A stretch of DNA of 64,000 nt. Origin: Syntrophales bacterium. GTDB lineage: Bacteria > Desulfobacterota > Syntrophia > Syntrophales > UBA6807. The stretch lies in assembly GCA_040767195.1 (NCBI GenBank), contig JAXGPA010000001.1:416001-480000 (forward strand), written 5' to 3'. Positions 9,653 through 18,715 of the stretch are shown one piece after another. Position 1 is the stretch's first letter. Every line of letters begins with the position of its first letter. The notes under the pieces were generated by a model. It was not told the DNA's origin, did no database searches, and saw only the letters and a program-made list of their open reading frames with translations. The translations under genes were made by a program, and so were the position numbers.

Positions 9653-10993
9653 TCATACCCTTTTCCTTTGCTGATTTTTTTCTCCGTCCACCTCTATCAG
9701 CAACGGTCCTTTCACGGCCTCCATGACATACGATGCCGGCAGGCCATGCGCCAGGAGTTGTGTTATGGCCTTTAAATATTTGCGAATGTGCAAGAAAAAC
9801 TTCTTGTAACCGGCGCACAGATAGTGAAGGCCCGGTTCATCCTCACAGGTTTTCGCAAAGCGGTGCTTGGGGCACCCGCCCCAACATGCCTTCAGCACCG
9901 GGCATTCCCTGCAGACCCTCGGTAATGATGTCTCTTTTGACACGCCGAATCCGTTGGAGATGGATCGCTCCATCATGGATACGGGATTTTCCGTCAGGAT
10001 TTTTCCCAACCGGTGTTGCGGATACACGCTGTGGTCGCAGGCGTACACGTCGCCATTGTGCTCCATGACAAGCGAACGGCCGCACTGCCGCGCAAACACG
10101 CAGACAGGGGAAGGGTTGCCGATCCAGGCCTGAAGCGCCCATTCGAAATTCATGACGTTTGTCATGCCCACGTCATGGCGCACCCAGTCGTCAAATACGG
10201 CGATGAGAAAATCACCGTATTCCTCCGGTATGACCGTCCAAGGGGTCACCTGTGTGTGGCCTTCTTCTTTGCTCAACGACGCCGGCCCGGCAAGGCGCAG
10301 GCCCAGCTTCGTACTTGCAGCATCGGGCATGCGCTCCACGATTGGCGCGAACTGGATGAACGCGACCCCTTCATCCTTGAAAAATTGATACACATCCAGA
10401 GGATGCCCCGCCGTATTCCGGGCGACGCATGCCATCACGTTGTGCGCAATTTTGTGCTCTTGCAGAAGCCTGAGCCCCCGCATCACCCGGTCGAATGTCC
10501 CGTTCCCTCTTCGGTCCCGGCGGTAGGCGTCGTGGATCTCCTTCGGGCCGTCGAGGCTGATGCCGACCAGGAAATTGTTTGTCTTGAGGAACTTGCACCA
10601 ATCGTCGTCAAGAAGCGTTCCATTGGTCTGCAGGGAATTTCTGATCGTTTTCTCATGAGCGAACGGCTTTTGCAGCTCGATCACTTTTTCGAAGAACGGG
10701 ACCCCAAGAAGGGTCGGCTCACCGCCCTGCCAGACAAAGTCAACGAGGGGGGTGGGCTGCGATGCGATGTATTTGGTGATATAGGCGGACAATACCCGGT
10801 CAGACATCCGATAATTTTCACCCACGCCGAACAGTGCCTGCTTCTCAAGATAAAAACAGTACTCGCAGTTGAGGTTGCACACGGGACCGATGGGCTTCGC
10901 CATCACGTGGATCCCCTGTGCCGGGCTGTTTTTTCCCGGATCGGTTCCCATGTCCACAGGTTGAAGACGTCTCCTCTTCATTTCTAACTGCAC
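9653..10993 (-). CDS. Anaerobic sulfatase maturase (radical SAM/SPASM, anSME/AtsB-like)
   Basis: AKPIGPVCNLNCEYCFY, WQGGEPTL, SPASM cysteines (CVFARQCG, CDH, CRECPVLKACWGGCPK, LC); true start may be downstream of 10993. Confidence 0.95.
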   Translation of the reverse strand: MQLEMKRRRLQPVDMGTDPGKNSPAQGIHVMAKPIGPVCNLNCEYCFYLEKQALFGVGENYRMSDRVLSAYITKYIASQPTPLVDFVWQGGEPTLLGVPFFEKVIELQKPFAHEKTIRNSLQTNGTLLDDDWCKFLKTNNFLVGISLDGPKEIHDAYRRDRRGNGTFDRVMRGLRLLQEHKIAHNVMACVARNTAGHPLDVYQFFKDEGVAFIQFAPIVERMPDAASTKLGLRLAGPASLSKEEGHTQVTPWTVIPEEYGDFLIAVFDDWVRHDVGMTNVMNFEWALQAWIGNPSPVCVFARQCGRSLVMEHNGDVYACDHSVYPQHRLGKILTENPVSMMERSISNGFGVSKETSLPRVCRECPVLKACWGGCPKHRFAKTCEDEPGLHYLCAGYKKFFLHIRKYLKAITQLLAHGLPASYVMEAVKGPLLIEVDGEKNQQRKRV

Positions 10994-11138
10994 GCCGGGA
11001 TATACGGGTCAGGCGCGGCGGGGCGGATCGGAGGCAGCCCGGTACTCCTTTCCATGAATGGACAGGCTGGAAGCCATCTGCCGTCCCCCACCCCCTCGTG
11101 GTGAGGGGGTAGGGATACCATAGGAAGGCAGGGGAAAC

Positions 11139-13565
11139 CTAATCAGCCTTGACCTTCGCCTCCACGGCCTTCAGCTTCTTCTGGTCCGCGGCAGAGAGCT
11201 TGTTGTTTCCGATATATTTGATGACCAGCTTGTCAATGGTGCCCGTGAACCTGAAAGGCACGTCATAGGAGAGGTCCACCGGCGTTCCCGTATCTTCACC
11301 GACGTCGAAGGTTTCATCGATGGAGAAGCGGTAGGGCACGGTCTTCTCGATCCGCCCCTGGGCCACCTGCCTGCCGTCCACGCTGAGCGTTCCGGTGCCC
11401 CCCTTGCCGAGTCCGCCGCCGTCATAGAGGAAATCGAAGACCACGGCGTGCCTGCCCGGCTTCAGGGCCTGACTGGATGCAACCCTGTAGTGGGCCACAT
11501 TCGCCATGTTGTAGTAGAAAACCGGTTTGCCTTTCTCAAACACCAAGGCGTAGCCGCCGGACAGGCCGCCCTGCGTCACCAGCACGCCCTGGCCGCTCTC
11601 TTCGGGAAAAATCACATCGGCCATGATGCGGAATGACTTGTTCATGATGTTGGGCGCTGTACCCTCGGAGATGCGCTTCACGGAGCCAGTGTAGACGAAC
11701 TCGGTACGCCCGGCCGTAAGGCTGGGCCGGATGCCCGGGGCCATCCGCTCTGTGCCGCTGTCGTCCAGGGGCAGCACGTTGTACCTGGCAGCCTCGGCAT
11801 AAAACAGCAACTGGAGGTCGTGCAGTTTTTCAGGATACTGGTCAGCAAGATTCACCGCTTCGCTGAAGTCGTTATCCACGTTGTAGAGCTCCCACTGGTA
11901 GCCGTTGATCACGTCGACCAGCTTGATCTCGGTCTGGTCCTCCCAGGGCCCGCCGTAGGGAGGCGTGGTGCAGGCCAGCCAGCCGTCGTGATAGATGGCG
12001 CGGTGGGCGAAGACTTCAAAGTATTGCGTGTGGTGCGTAGAGGGCGCCTTGGAGTCGTCGAAGGAGTAGGCCAGGCTCACCCCCTCGATGGGTTTCTGCG
12101 CCACCCCGTTCACCATGGAGGGGGCATCGATTCCGGTTGCCTCATAGAGCGTCGGCACGATGTCGATGACATGATGCCACTGGGGCCGGATCCCACCTGC
12201 GTCCTTGATGCGTGAAGGCCAGGAGATCACCATGCCGTTGGCCGTGCCGCCGTAGTGTGAGGCGTTGGTCTTGAGCCACTGGAACGGGGCGCACATGGCG
12301 TGGGCCCAAGCCGCCGGATAGTGGTTATGGGTCTTCCACGTGCCCAGGTTGTCCTTCTGCTTCAGAATCTCCTTCAGGTCTTCCGGGATCATGTTGAGCA
12401 TGGCCATTTCGTTGTAGGAGCCCTGAAGCCTGCCCTCACCGCTGGCGCCGTTGTCGCCGCAAATATAGATGATCAGCGTATTGTCCATTTGTCCCAGCTT
12501 CTCGATGGCATCGAGGACCCGTCCGACATTGTAATCCGTCTGGGAGAGATAGCCGGCATACACCTCCATCATGTAGGCATAGAGCTGCTTCTGCTCGGCA
12601 GTGAGCGAATCCCATGCAGGCAGGCCGCGGCTGCGTTCGGTGAGCTTCGTGTTTTCCGGCACGATGCCCCGCTTCTTCTGCCGTGCGAGGGTCTCATCGC
12701 GCACCTTGTCCCAGCCCTGGTCGAACTTCCCCTTGTATTTCGTGATCCATTCCTTTTTCGGGTGGTGCGGCGAGTGTGTCGCTCCGGGCGCGTAGTAGAG
12801 GAAAAACGGCTTGTCCGGAGCCACGGCCTTCTGGACACGGACCCACTCGATGGCCCTGTCAGCAAGGTCGTAGTCGAAGTTGTAGTCCGGGTTGCCCAGG
12901 TACGGCTCCACGGGATTGGTCCCGTCGAAGACCGCGGGCCGCCACTGGTCGGTCTCGGCCCCGATGAACCCGTAAAATTTCTCGAAGCCCAGGCCGGTGG
13001 GCCAGAGATCGAACGGGCCGGCCGCGCTGTTGTGCCAGTCGGGCACGTTGTGGTTCTTGCCGAACCAGGCGGTGTTCCAGCCCTTCTGCCTTAAGACCTC
13101 CGCCACCGTGGCCGTGTCCTTGCCCATCAGGCTGTCATAGCCGGGGTAGCCGGTGGCGAATTCCATGATGTTCCCGGTGTGCACCGTGTGGTGGTTGCGG
13201 CCCGTGAGCAGGGATGCCCGCGTGGGGGATGAAATGGACGTGGTGTGGAACTGGGTGTAGCGCAGGCCGTTGGCGGCCAGCTTGTCCAGGGTCGGCGTGT
13301 CGCATGGCCCGCCGAAGGTGCTCGACGCACCGAAACCGACGTCATCGAGGAGTATCAGGACGACGTTGGGAGCCTCCTTGGGTGCCTTGACCGGCTGCGG
13401 GAAATCGGATCTCGAATCTTTCACACTCAATCCGATCTGCCCCTTGAAGGGAGGAGGCGGGACAGGCAATACCTCCTGCGCGGGAGCACCCCATGGCAGC
13501 ATTCCCGTTGTAAAAACCGCGCCGGCTGCGGCCCATCGGGTAAATTTGGGTAGGCTTGGATTCAT
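11139..13565 (-). CDS. Exported arylsulfatase (Ser-type) with C-terminal beta-sandwich extension
   Basis: Signal peptide; PNVVLILLDDVG, FHTTSISSPTRASLLTGRN, GKNH, DNG motifs. Confidence 0.93.
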   Translation of the reverse strand: MNPSLPKFTRWAAAGAVFTTGMLPWGAPAQEVLPVPPPPFKGQIGLSVKDSRSDFPQPVKAPKEAPNVVLILLDDVGFGASSTFGGPCDTPTLDKLAANGLRYTQFHTTSISSPTRASLLTGRNHHTVHTGNIMEFATGYPGYDSLMGKDTATVAEVLRQKGWNTAWFGKNHNVPDWHNSAAGPFDLWPTGLGFEKFYGFIGAETDQWRPAVFDGTNPVEPYLGNPDYNFDYDLADRAIEWVRVQKAVAPDKPFFLYYAPGATHSPHHPKKEWITKYKGKFDQGWDKVRDETLARQKKRGIVPENTKLTERSRGLPAWDSLTAEQKQLYAYMMEVYAGYLSQTDYNVGRVLDAIEKLGQMDNTLIIYICGDNGASGEGRLQGSYNEMAMLNMIPEDLKEILKQKDNLGTWKTHNHYPAAWAHAMCAPFQWLKTNASHYGGTANGMVISWPSRIKDAGGIRPQWHHVIDIVPTLYEATGIDAPSMVNGVAQKPIEGVSLAYSFDDSKAPSTHHTQYFEVFAHRAIYHDGWLACTTPPYGGPWEDQTEIKLVDVINGYQWELYNVDNDFSEAVNLADQYPEKLHDLQLLFYAEAARYNVLPLDDSGTERMAPGIRPSLTAGRTEFVYTGSVKRISEGTAPNIMNKSFRIMADVIFPEESGQGVLVTQGGLSGGYALVFEKGKPVFYYNMANVAHYRVASSQALKPGRHAVVFDFLYDGGGLGKGGTGTLSVDGRQVAQGRIEKTVPYRFSIDETFDVGEDTGTPVDLSYDVPFRFTGTIDKLVIKYIGNNKLSAADQKKLKAVEAKVKAD

Positions 13566-13748
13566 GGTATAGACCTCCTTTATTTGTACCTTAAAAACAC
13601 CACATCAAAAGTCTGCTTTGTTATCGCCTGGTCATATTTTCCCTTCAGCGGGTCCGTCTGTTTCATATTTTGTTTTCGTTTCAAGGACAGGCCCAATCAA
13701 AAAAAAGAGCCGTTGCGACAAGTCCCGGGCCTGCGGGAACAGAGGGCT

Positions 13749-14072
13749 TTATGCCCGCCTTTTTATTTTCTTGAGGATTTCGATCCCTTCCCATGGACCG
13801 TCATGCCCCACCCGGACCCGGACCGTTTCGCTCAAAAGGTCGACGGCTCCGAGGAGGGCACTGCCGCTTCCGGTTTTCATGTACCGCTCGAGGTCTGCCA
13901 ATTCTTCCCAATCGACGGATAGAAAGAAAACCTCGCCATCCTCCATGTCCCGATAGACCCGGCACTCCCGGCATCCCTCCCGGCTTCGGATCGTGGGAAG
14001 GAGCGCCTGGAACGTCTGATACAGTTCCTGAAATTTTCCCGATTTGGCCCTGATCTCGATCGTAAGATTCAC
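13749..14072 (-). CDS. Antibiotic-biosynthesis-monooxygenase (ABM)-fold protein
   Basis: IEIRAKSGKFQEL..TIRSREGCRECRVYRD..W pattern of ABM domains; GTG start at 14072. Confidence 0.72.
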   Translation of the reverse strand: MNLTIEIRAKSGKFQELYQTFQALLPTIRSREGCRECRVYRDMEDGEVFFLSVDWEELADLERYMKTGSGSALLGAVDLLSETVRVRVGHDGPWEGIEILKKIKRRA

Positions 14073-14161
14073 AAAGGATCTTCCTTTTACGGCACGTGCC
14101 CTTCCCGGCGGCATCCCCGACGGCGTGATCCTGCCTTGTTTTCCTGTTTGTCTTTCTTCAA

Positions 14162-14177
14162 TCCAAAAAACGTTCCA
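14162..14177 (-). promoter_or_regulatory. Putative sigma54 -24/-12 promoter of the ABM/sulfatase operon
   Basis: Minus strand TGGAAC-GTTTT-TTGG-A vs consensus TGGCAC-N5-TTGC-W; adjacent to the EBP gene and UAS-like palindromes. Confidence 0.5.
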
Positions 14178-14274
14178 GGAAAACAGGAATCCCGTTTATT
14201 AAACATAATAGACTGAGATTACTCCTTAATATTCAATTCAAGTTTTTATTTCGTGAGAAATAAAGAAGGAAGGG

Positions 14275-14310
14275 GCCTCAATATATTGAGGATCCACAAT
14301 ATATTGAGGC
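14275..14310. promoter_or_regulatory. Tandem palindromic operator/UAS
   Basis: CCTCAATATATTGAGG (14276-14291, perfect) and CCACAATATATTGAGG (14294-14309, one mismatch). Confidence 0.7.
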
Positions 14311-14336
14311 TTTCTCTTTGGCAGGATTGTCCTGTT

Positions 14337-15965
14337 TCAGAACCGTTCGATACCCAGTTTCTTGATTCGGAAACGGAGGGTGCTCGGGTGAAGTCCGAGG
14401 ATGACGGCGGCGCCGCCTTCGCCGTCGATCTTCCAACGGGTTCTTCTCAGAACCTTGAGGATGTGCTCCCGCTCCACGGCCGCGAGTCCTTTCAGAGGAT
14501 CTTCTCCCTCCCGGGCGGTCCGCCGCTCGAGACGATCGGGAAGGCGAAACGTCGGCCCGGGGCTGGTGATGACGGCTCTTTCAATGAGGTGTTCCAGCTC
14601 CCTCACGTTTCCCGGCCAGTCATGCTCCTGGAGGGCTTTCATGGTGCCCTTCGGGATGGTTTCGTATGTTCTGCCCAGCTTCCGGGCGTGCTTTTCGACA
14701 AAGTGGTAGACAAGTTGAGGGACATCCTCGGGCCGCATCCTCAAAGGGGGCATCGAGACGGGGAAAACGTTGAGCCTGTAATAGAGGTCCTCCCGGAACC
14801 GCCTGTGCAGGACCTCCTCTTTCAGGTCCCGGCTTGTCGAGGCGATGACCCGCACGTCCACCGTGATCGTCCGGGGGCTCCCGAGCCTTTCGAACTCCCC
14901 GTCCTGGAGGACCCTCAAAAGCTTTGCCTGGAGTTCCAGGGGCAGTTCCCCGATTTCGTCGAGAAAGATCGTTCCGCCGTCTGCAATCTCGAAACGGCCG
15001 ACCTGCTTCGTGTGGGCCCCCGTGAAGGCTCCTTTCTCCCGCCCGAAGAGTTCGCTCTCGATGAGATTCGCCGGGAGGGCGGCGCAGTTGACCGTGATCA
15101 TCGGCCTGTCCCTGCGGGCGCTCATGTCATGCAGGGCATGGGCCACCATGCTTTTGCCCGTCCCCGTCTCGCCTGAAATGAGAACCGTGGCATCCGTCGG
15201 GGCGACCTGTCCGATTCGGAACAGGACGTATTTCAGCGCATCGCTGTCACCGATGATCTTCTCGAATCCCTTTTCCGTTTTAAGTTCCTGACGGAGAAGC
15301 ACATTCTCTTTCTCAAGCTGGAGCTTCAGCCTCTGGATCTCCTCCAGCCGCTCCCGAAGCTCCAGCTCAGACCTGCTTCGCTCCAGCACGTTGACAAAGA
15401 GTTCCCCGAGGAGGCGAAGTCGCGGGATGTATTCCTCCGGGCCGTTCCGATCCTCCCTGGCTGAACTGATAGCGATGCTGTACTCGGAAGACCTCAGGGC
15501 CGCGATGGGAATACACAACCCGGACCTGATATCCCATCTTTTACAGGTCTCCCTGTCCGGCCCGGCCTCTTCCGGCAGTTCTTCCAGTCTCGCGAATGAA
15601 AAGGCCTCCCCCTGCTGCAGCTTTTTCGATGCCCATGGGAAAAGCGATACCGGTATGGGAGTCCCTGTGGGAAAAGGCGAAATACCTTTCAGGTCAGCGC
15701 TGTGGGTATGCTGGAACAGCGTCTTTCCCGGCATGAGCCGAATCAGGGCGCATCGGTCGATCCGAAAGAACGCCAGGACCCTGTTCAGGGCGTTCCGAAT
15801 TTCCCCATCAACCTCTTCGGGCGCCAGGGCAACGAACCTGGCCGAGAGATCGGCCAGGAATTTTTCAAATTCCAGGCGGTTTTCCGATGCAGGCCGTTGA
15901 CCCGGGTGTTCCTCTTTTTTTTTATTCAACGGGAGCACTCTCCTTGACGAACGGATTACATCCAC
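14337..15965 (-). CDS. Sigma54-dependent enhancer-binding protein (GAF-like + AAA+ + Fis HTH; FhlA/NifA-like architecture)
   Basis: GETGTGKS, ELFGREKGAFTGA, FLDEIGE, WPGNVRELE, C-terminal HTH GAAVILGLHPSTLRFRIKKLGI. Confidence 0.93.
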   Translation of the reverse strand: MDVIRSSRRVLPLNKKKEEHPGQRPASENRLEFEKFLADLSARFVALAPEEVDGEIRNALNRVLAFFRIDRCALIRLMPGKTLFQHTHSADLKGISPFPTGTPIPVSLFPWASKKLQQGEAFSFARLEELPEEAGPDRETCKRWDIRSGLCIPIAALRSSEYSIAISSAREDRNGPEEYIPRLRLLGELFVNVLERSRSELELRERLEEIQRLKLQLEKENVLLRQELKTEKGFEKIIGDSDALKYVLFRIGQVAPTDATVLISGETGTGKSMVAHALHDMSARRDRPMITVNCAALPANLIESELFGREKGAFTGAHTKQVGRFEIADGGTIFLDEIGELPLELQAKLLRVLQDGEFERLGSPRTITVDVRVIASTSRDLKEEVLHRRFREDLYYRLNVFPVSMPPLRMRPEDVPQLVYHFVEKHARKLGRTYETIPKGTMKALQEHDWPGNVRELEHLIERAVITSPGPTFRLPDRLERRTAREGEDPLKGLAAVEREHILKVLRRTRWKIDGEGGAAVILGLHPSTLRFRIKKLGIERF

Positions 15966-16120
15966 AGATTCTATAAAAAATACTGCTGTAATCTATAACA
16001 AATAATCCGGTTGCGTTCATGAAAATTCTTCACGGGGCGGGAACGGCGCTTTTTCTGTTTATCACGGCAGCGAAACCGGCCCCGTCCGCCGGCTTTCAGA
16101 CGTTTTGTCGCATTATTTCC

Positions 16121-16149
16121 TTGACAGGAAAAAGGCATCGTTTTAGAAA
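16121..16149 (+). promoter_or_regulatory. Putative sigma70 promoter upstream of the riboswitch/pilD
   Basis: TTGACA-17 nt-TAGAAA. Confidence 0.55.
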
Positions 16150-16217
16150 AGAAACGTTTTTGTCCGGCCGGGGTTATTCATGGAAGACGTCCTCGAGCCG
16201 GGCGGGTCACCGCTCTT

Positions 16218-16305
16218 TGAGAACCGATAAAGGCAAACTATCCGTAAGGGTAGGACGCAAAGCCATGGGTCCGTGAACGCGGATCGCCAGGCTGCCGAAG
16301 TTCTT
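16218..16305 (+). ncRNA. c-di-GMP-I (GEMM) riboswitch aptamer
   Basis: AAGGCAAAC-TATCC-GTAA-GGGTA-GGACGCAAAGCCATGGGTCC...GGATCGCCAGGCTGCCGAA matches the GEMM-I consensus (GNRA loop, GACGCAAAGC, CTGCCGA); P1 GAGAAC/GTTCTT. Confidence 0.9.
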
Positions 16306-16426
16306 TCGCCGATGACCGGAGAGCCTCGTTCCTTCCCCGGAAAATCAGGGGATCCCCTCTTTTCTTTCTTGCGAAAGTGCTGTATTTTCCTTCGTGAAAA
16401 TACACCCGTCGGAAAGGATGTGTGCC

Positions 16427-17191
16427 GTGACCTTCCTCTTTCCCGTTCTCGCCTTCGTCTTCGGCGCCGTCGTGGGAAGCTTTCTCAATGTGTGCATCCA
16501 CCGTCTCCCCCTGGGACAGTCCATCGTCCGCCCCCGCTCCCACTGCCCGGCCTGCCTAAAGAACATCGCCCCGTATGACAACATCCCCCTTGTCAGCTAT
16601 CTTCTCCTCCGGGGCCGATGCCGCCACTGCAAAACGGCCATCTCACCGGTCTATCCCGCCGTGGAACTGCTCACGGCGGTGCTCTCCCTCGTCCTCTTCC
16701 GGAAGTACGGCTTCTCCCTCCCCTGGCTGGCCTCCTTCACCTTTTCCGCCGCTCTCGTCGTGGTCACCTTCGTCGACCTGGAGCACCAGATCATCCCCGA
16801 CGTCATCTCCCTTCCCGGAATCCCCCTTTTCGCAGCGGCGGGCATGGGCATCATGGGTCTTTCCGTCTGGGATTCCCTGCTGGGCATCCTCCTGGGCGGC
16901 GGCGTTCTCTGGGCGGTCGCCGCCGGCTATGAATTTCTGAAGAAACAGGAGGGCATGGGCGGGGGAGACATCAAGCTCCTGGCCATGATCGGCGGTTTTC
17001 TCGGCTGGCAATCCCTCCTCTTCGTCATTCTCGCCAGTTCCCTCCTGGGGGCCGTGGTGGGGATTTCGGTCATCCTGTACAAGAAGGGGGATTTGAAATA
17101 CGCCATCCCTTTCGGTCCCTTTCTCTCCGCCGCCGCCGTTTTGTACCTCTTTTACGGGGAAGCCTTTATGCGGATCTTCATCTATCGCTGA
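16427..17191 (+). CDS. pilD: Prepilin peptidase/N-methyltransferase PilD (GspO)
   Basis: GSFLNVCIHRLP, SHCPAC..DNIP..GRCRHC, DLEHQIIPD, GMGGGDIKL, IPFGPFL. Confidence 0.96.
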   Translation: MTFLFPVLAFVFGAVVGSFLNVCIHRLPLGQSIVRPRSHCPACLKNIAPYDNIPLVSYLLLRGRCRHCKTAISPVYPAVELLTAVLSLVLFRKYGFSLPWLASFTFSAALVVVTFVDLEHQIIPDVISLPGIPLFAAAGMGIMGLSVWDSLLGILLGGGVLWAVAAGYEFLKKQEGMGGGDIKLLAMIGGFLGWQSLLFVILASSLLGAVVGISVILYKKGDLKYAIPFGPFLSAAAVLYLFYGEAFMRIFIYR

Positions 17192-17201
17192 AAGGGCTCC
17201 C

Positions 17202-17663
17202 GTGACGGGAAAAACGGAAAAGGGGTTTACCCTGGCGGAGACCATGATCGTGGTCCTCCTCGTGGCCGTCCTCGCCGCCATCGCCGCCCCCGCCTACCAG
17301 GGCTACATGGCCAAAAGCCGCCTCAACGGGGCGGCCAGGATGGTTTATTCGGACCTCATGGCGGCGAGGATGAAAGCGGTCAAGACGAACCAGAGGGTCC
17401 GGGTGTTTTTTTACACCGATCGGTACGGCATCTGGAATGACGCGGACGGAAACGGCCGGGTCGACGACAACGAGGGGGACGACCTCTTGAGGAGCCTCGT
17501 TCCCCACTATCCCGGCATTACCATTTCCAACAAAACCGGCGACCCCCTCTTTCTCCCCAAGGGAACGGTAACGGACCTTTCGACCATCACGGTGACGAAT
17601 GCCGCCGGTCACCGGGACATTGTCGTTTCCATGGCTGGAAGGGTGAAAATCGACTCGAATTGA
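17202..17663 (+). CDS. FimT/FimU-like minor pilin
   Basis: Class III signal G|FTLAETMIVV, hydrophobic helix, SDLMAARMKAV, C-terminal GRVKI. Confidence 0.85.
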   Translation: MTGKTEKGFTLAETMIVVLLVAVLAAIAAPAYQGYMAKSRLNGAARMVYSDLMAARMKAVKTNQRVRVFFYTDRYGIWNDADGNGRVDDNEGDDLLRSLVPHYPGITISNKTGDPLFLPKGTVTDLSTITVTNAAGHRDIVVSMAGRVKIDSN

Positions 17664-17691
17664 AATTCAGAAAAAAACCGCCGAGAAAAAA

Positions 17692-18039
17692 ATGAAAAAC
17701 CGGGGGTTCTCCCTCATCGAGGTTCTCATCGCCCTGTTTCTCCTGGCCGTCACGCTGGCGGGAGCGGCGGGCCTGACGGCCGCCATCATCCGGACGAACG
17801 CCCTCAACCGGCAGTCGACGGAGGCGCTTATTCTGGCCGGCGACAAGATGGAGGAACTGACGTCCCGGCTGTACCCCGCCGTGATATCCGGTTCCGATGC
17901 CCCCTCCCTGTACGGAAGGACATGGATCGTCGACGACGGCGTTCCGCAAGAGGGGATGAAAACGGTCACCGTCACCGTGACCTGGTCCGGCTTCGGGTCG
18001 CCCCGCCAGGTCAGCCTGGCGACTGTCCGGTCCCGGTAA
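17692..18039 (+). CDS. pilV: PilV-like minor pilin
   Basis: G|FSLIEVLIAL; KTVTVTVTW. Confidence 0.8.
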   Translation: MKNRGFSLIEVLIALFLLAVTLAGAAGLTAAIIRTNALNRQSTEALILAGDKMEELTSRLYPAVISGSDAPSLYGRTWIVDDGVPQEGMKTVTVTVTWSGFGSPRQVSLATVRSR

Positions 18040-18040
18040 G

Positions 18041-18715
18041 ATGAGGGGGGCCGGCGAAAAGGAAACCAGGCGAAACCGGGGGTTCACCCTGGTGGAGGTC
18101 CTTATCGCCATGGCCGCCGGTCTTGTCGTTCTTTCCGGGCTGTACCAGGTTTTCACCTTTCACAACAGGACGCTCAAAGTCCAGGAGCAGACGGCGGAAA
18201 TGGTCCAGAACGCCCGGGCCGCCATGGACCTCATGGTCCGGGAAATCCGCATGGCCGGCGCGAATCCTTATCACACTTACGGAAAATCGGATCTTTCGGG
18301 GATCGAAGCCGCCTCGGCGGATACCTTCCGGTTCACCCGGGACATCTCGAGCCCTGCCTCGCCGGGGGACGGGGATGCCCCCGACGGGGATCACGGCGAT
18401 CCCAACGAAGACATCACCTTCAGCCTGTACGAGTCGGACGGCGACAAGACCCTGGGAAGAATCTCCCAGGGAAGCCGGCAGCCCCTCCTCTCCCCCGTGG
18501 AATCCCTCCTGTTCCGCTACTTTGACTTTTTTGGAAGAGAAATCACCGATCCGGGAAACCGGCTGACGGACATTCACGCCCTGTCCGTCACCCTCGTTGT
18601 CCGCACGGCCCGGCGGGACCCCCGTTACAGGGAAAACGGGGGATACCGGACGTTTGAGGTAACCTCATGGATAACCCTGAGAAACCGGCCGTTTTCAAGG
18701 CGAAACACGCCGTGA
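18041..18715 (+). CDS. pilW: PilW-like minor pilin
   Basis: G|FTLVEVLIAM; QNARAAMDLMVREIRMAG; C-terminal ITLRN. Confidence 0.82.
   Translation: MRGAGEKETRRNRGFTLVEVLIAMAAGLVVLSGLYQVFTFHNRTLKVQEQTAEMVQNARAAMDLMVREIRMAGANPYHTYGKSDLSGIEAASADTFRFTRDISSPASPGDGDAPDGDHGDPNEDITFSLYESDGDKTLGRISQGSRQPLLSPVESLLFRYFDFFGREITDPGNRLTDIHALSVTLVVRTARRDPRYRENGGYRTFEVTSWITLRNRPFSRRNTP

Noticed and set aside
16232..16232. 3',3'-cGAMP (GEMM-Ib) specificity of the riboswitch
   Set aside because: The discriminator base is G, not A; cGAMP binding is not excluded experimentally but is not supported by the sequence
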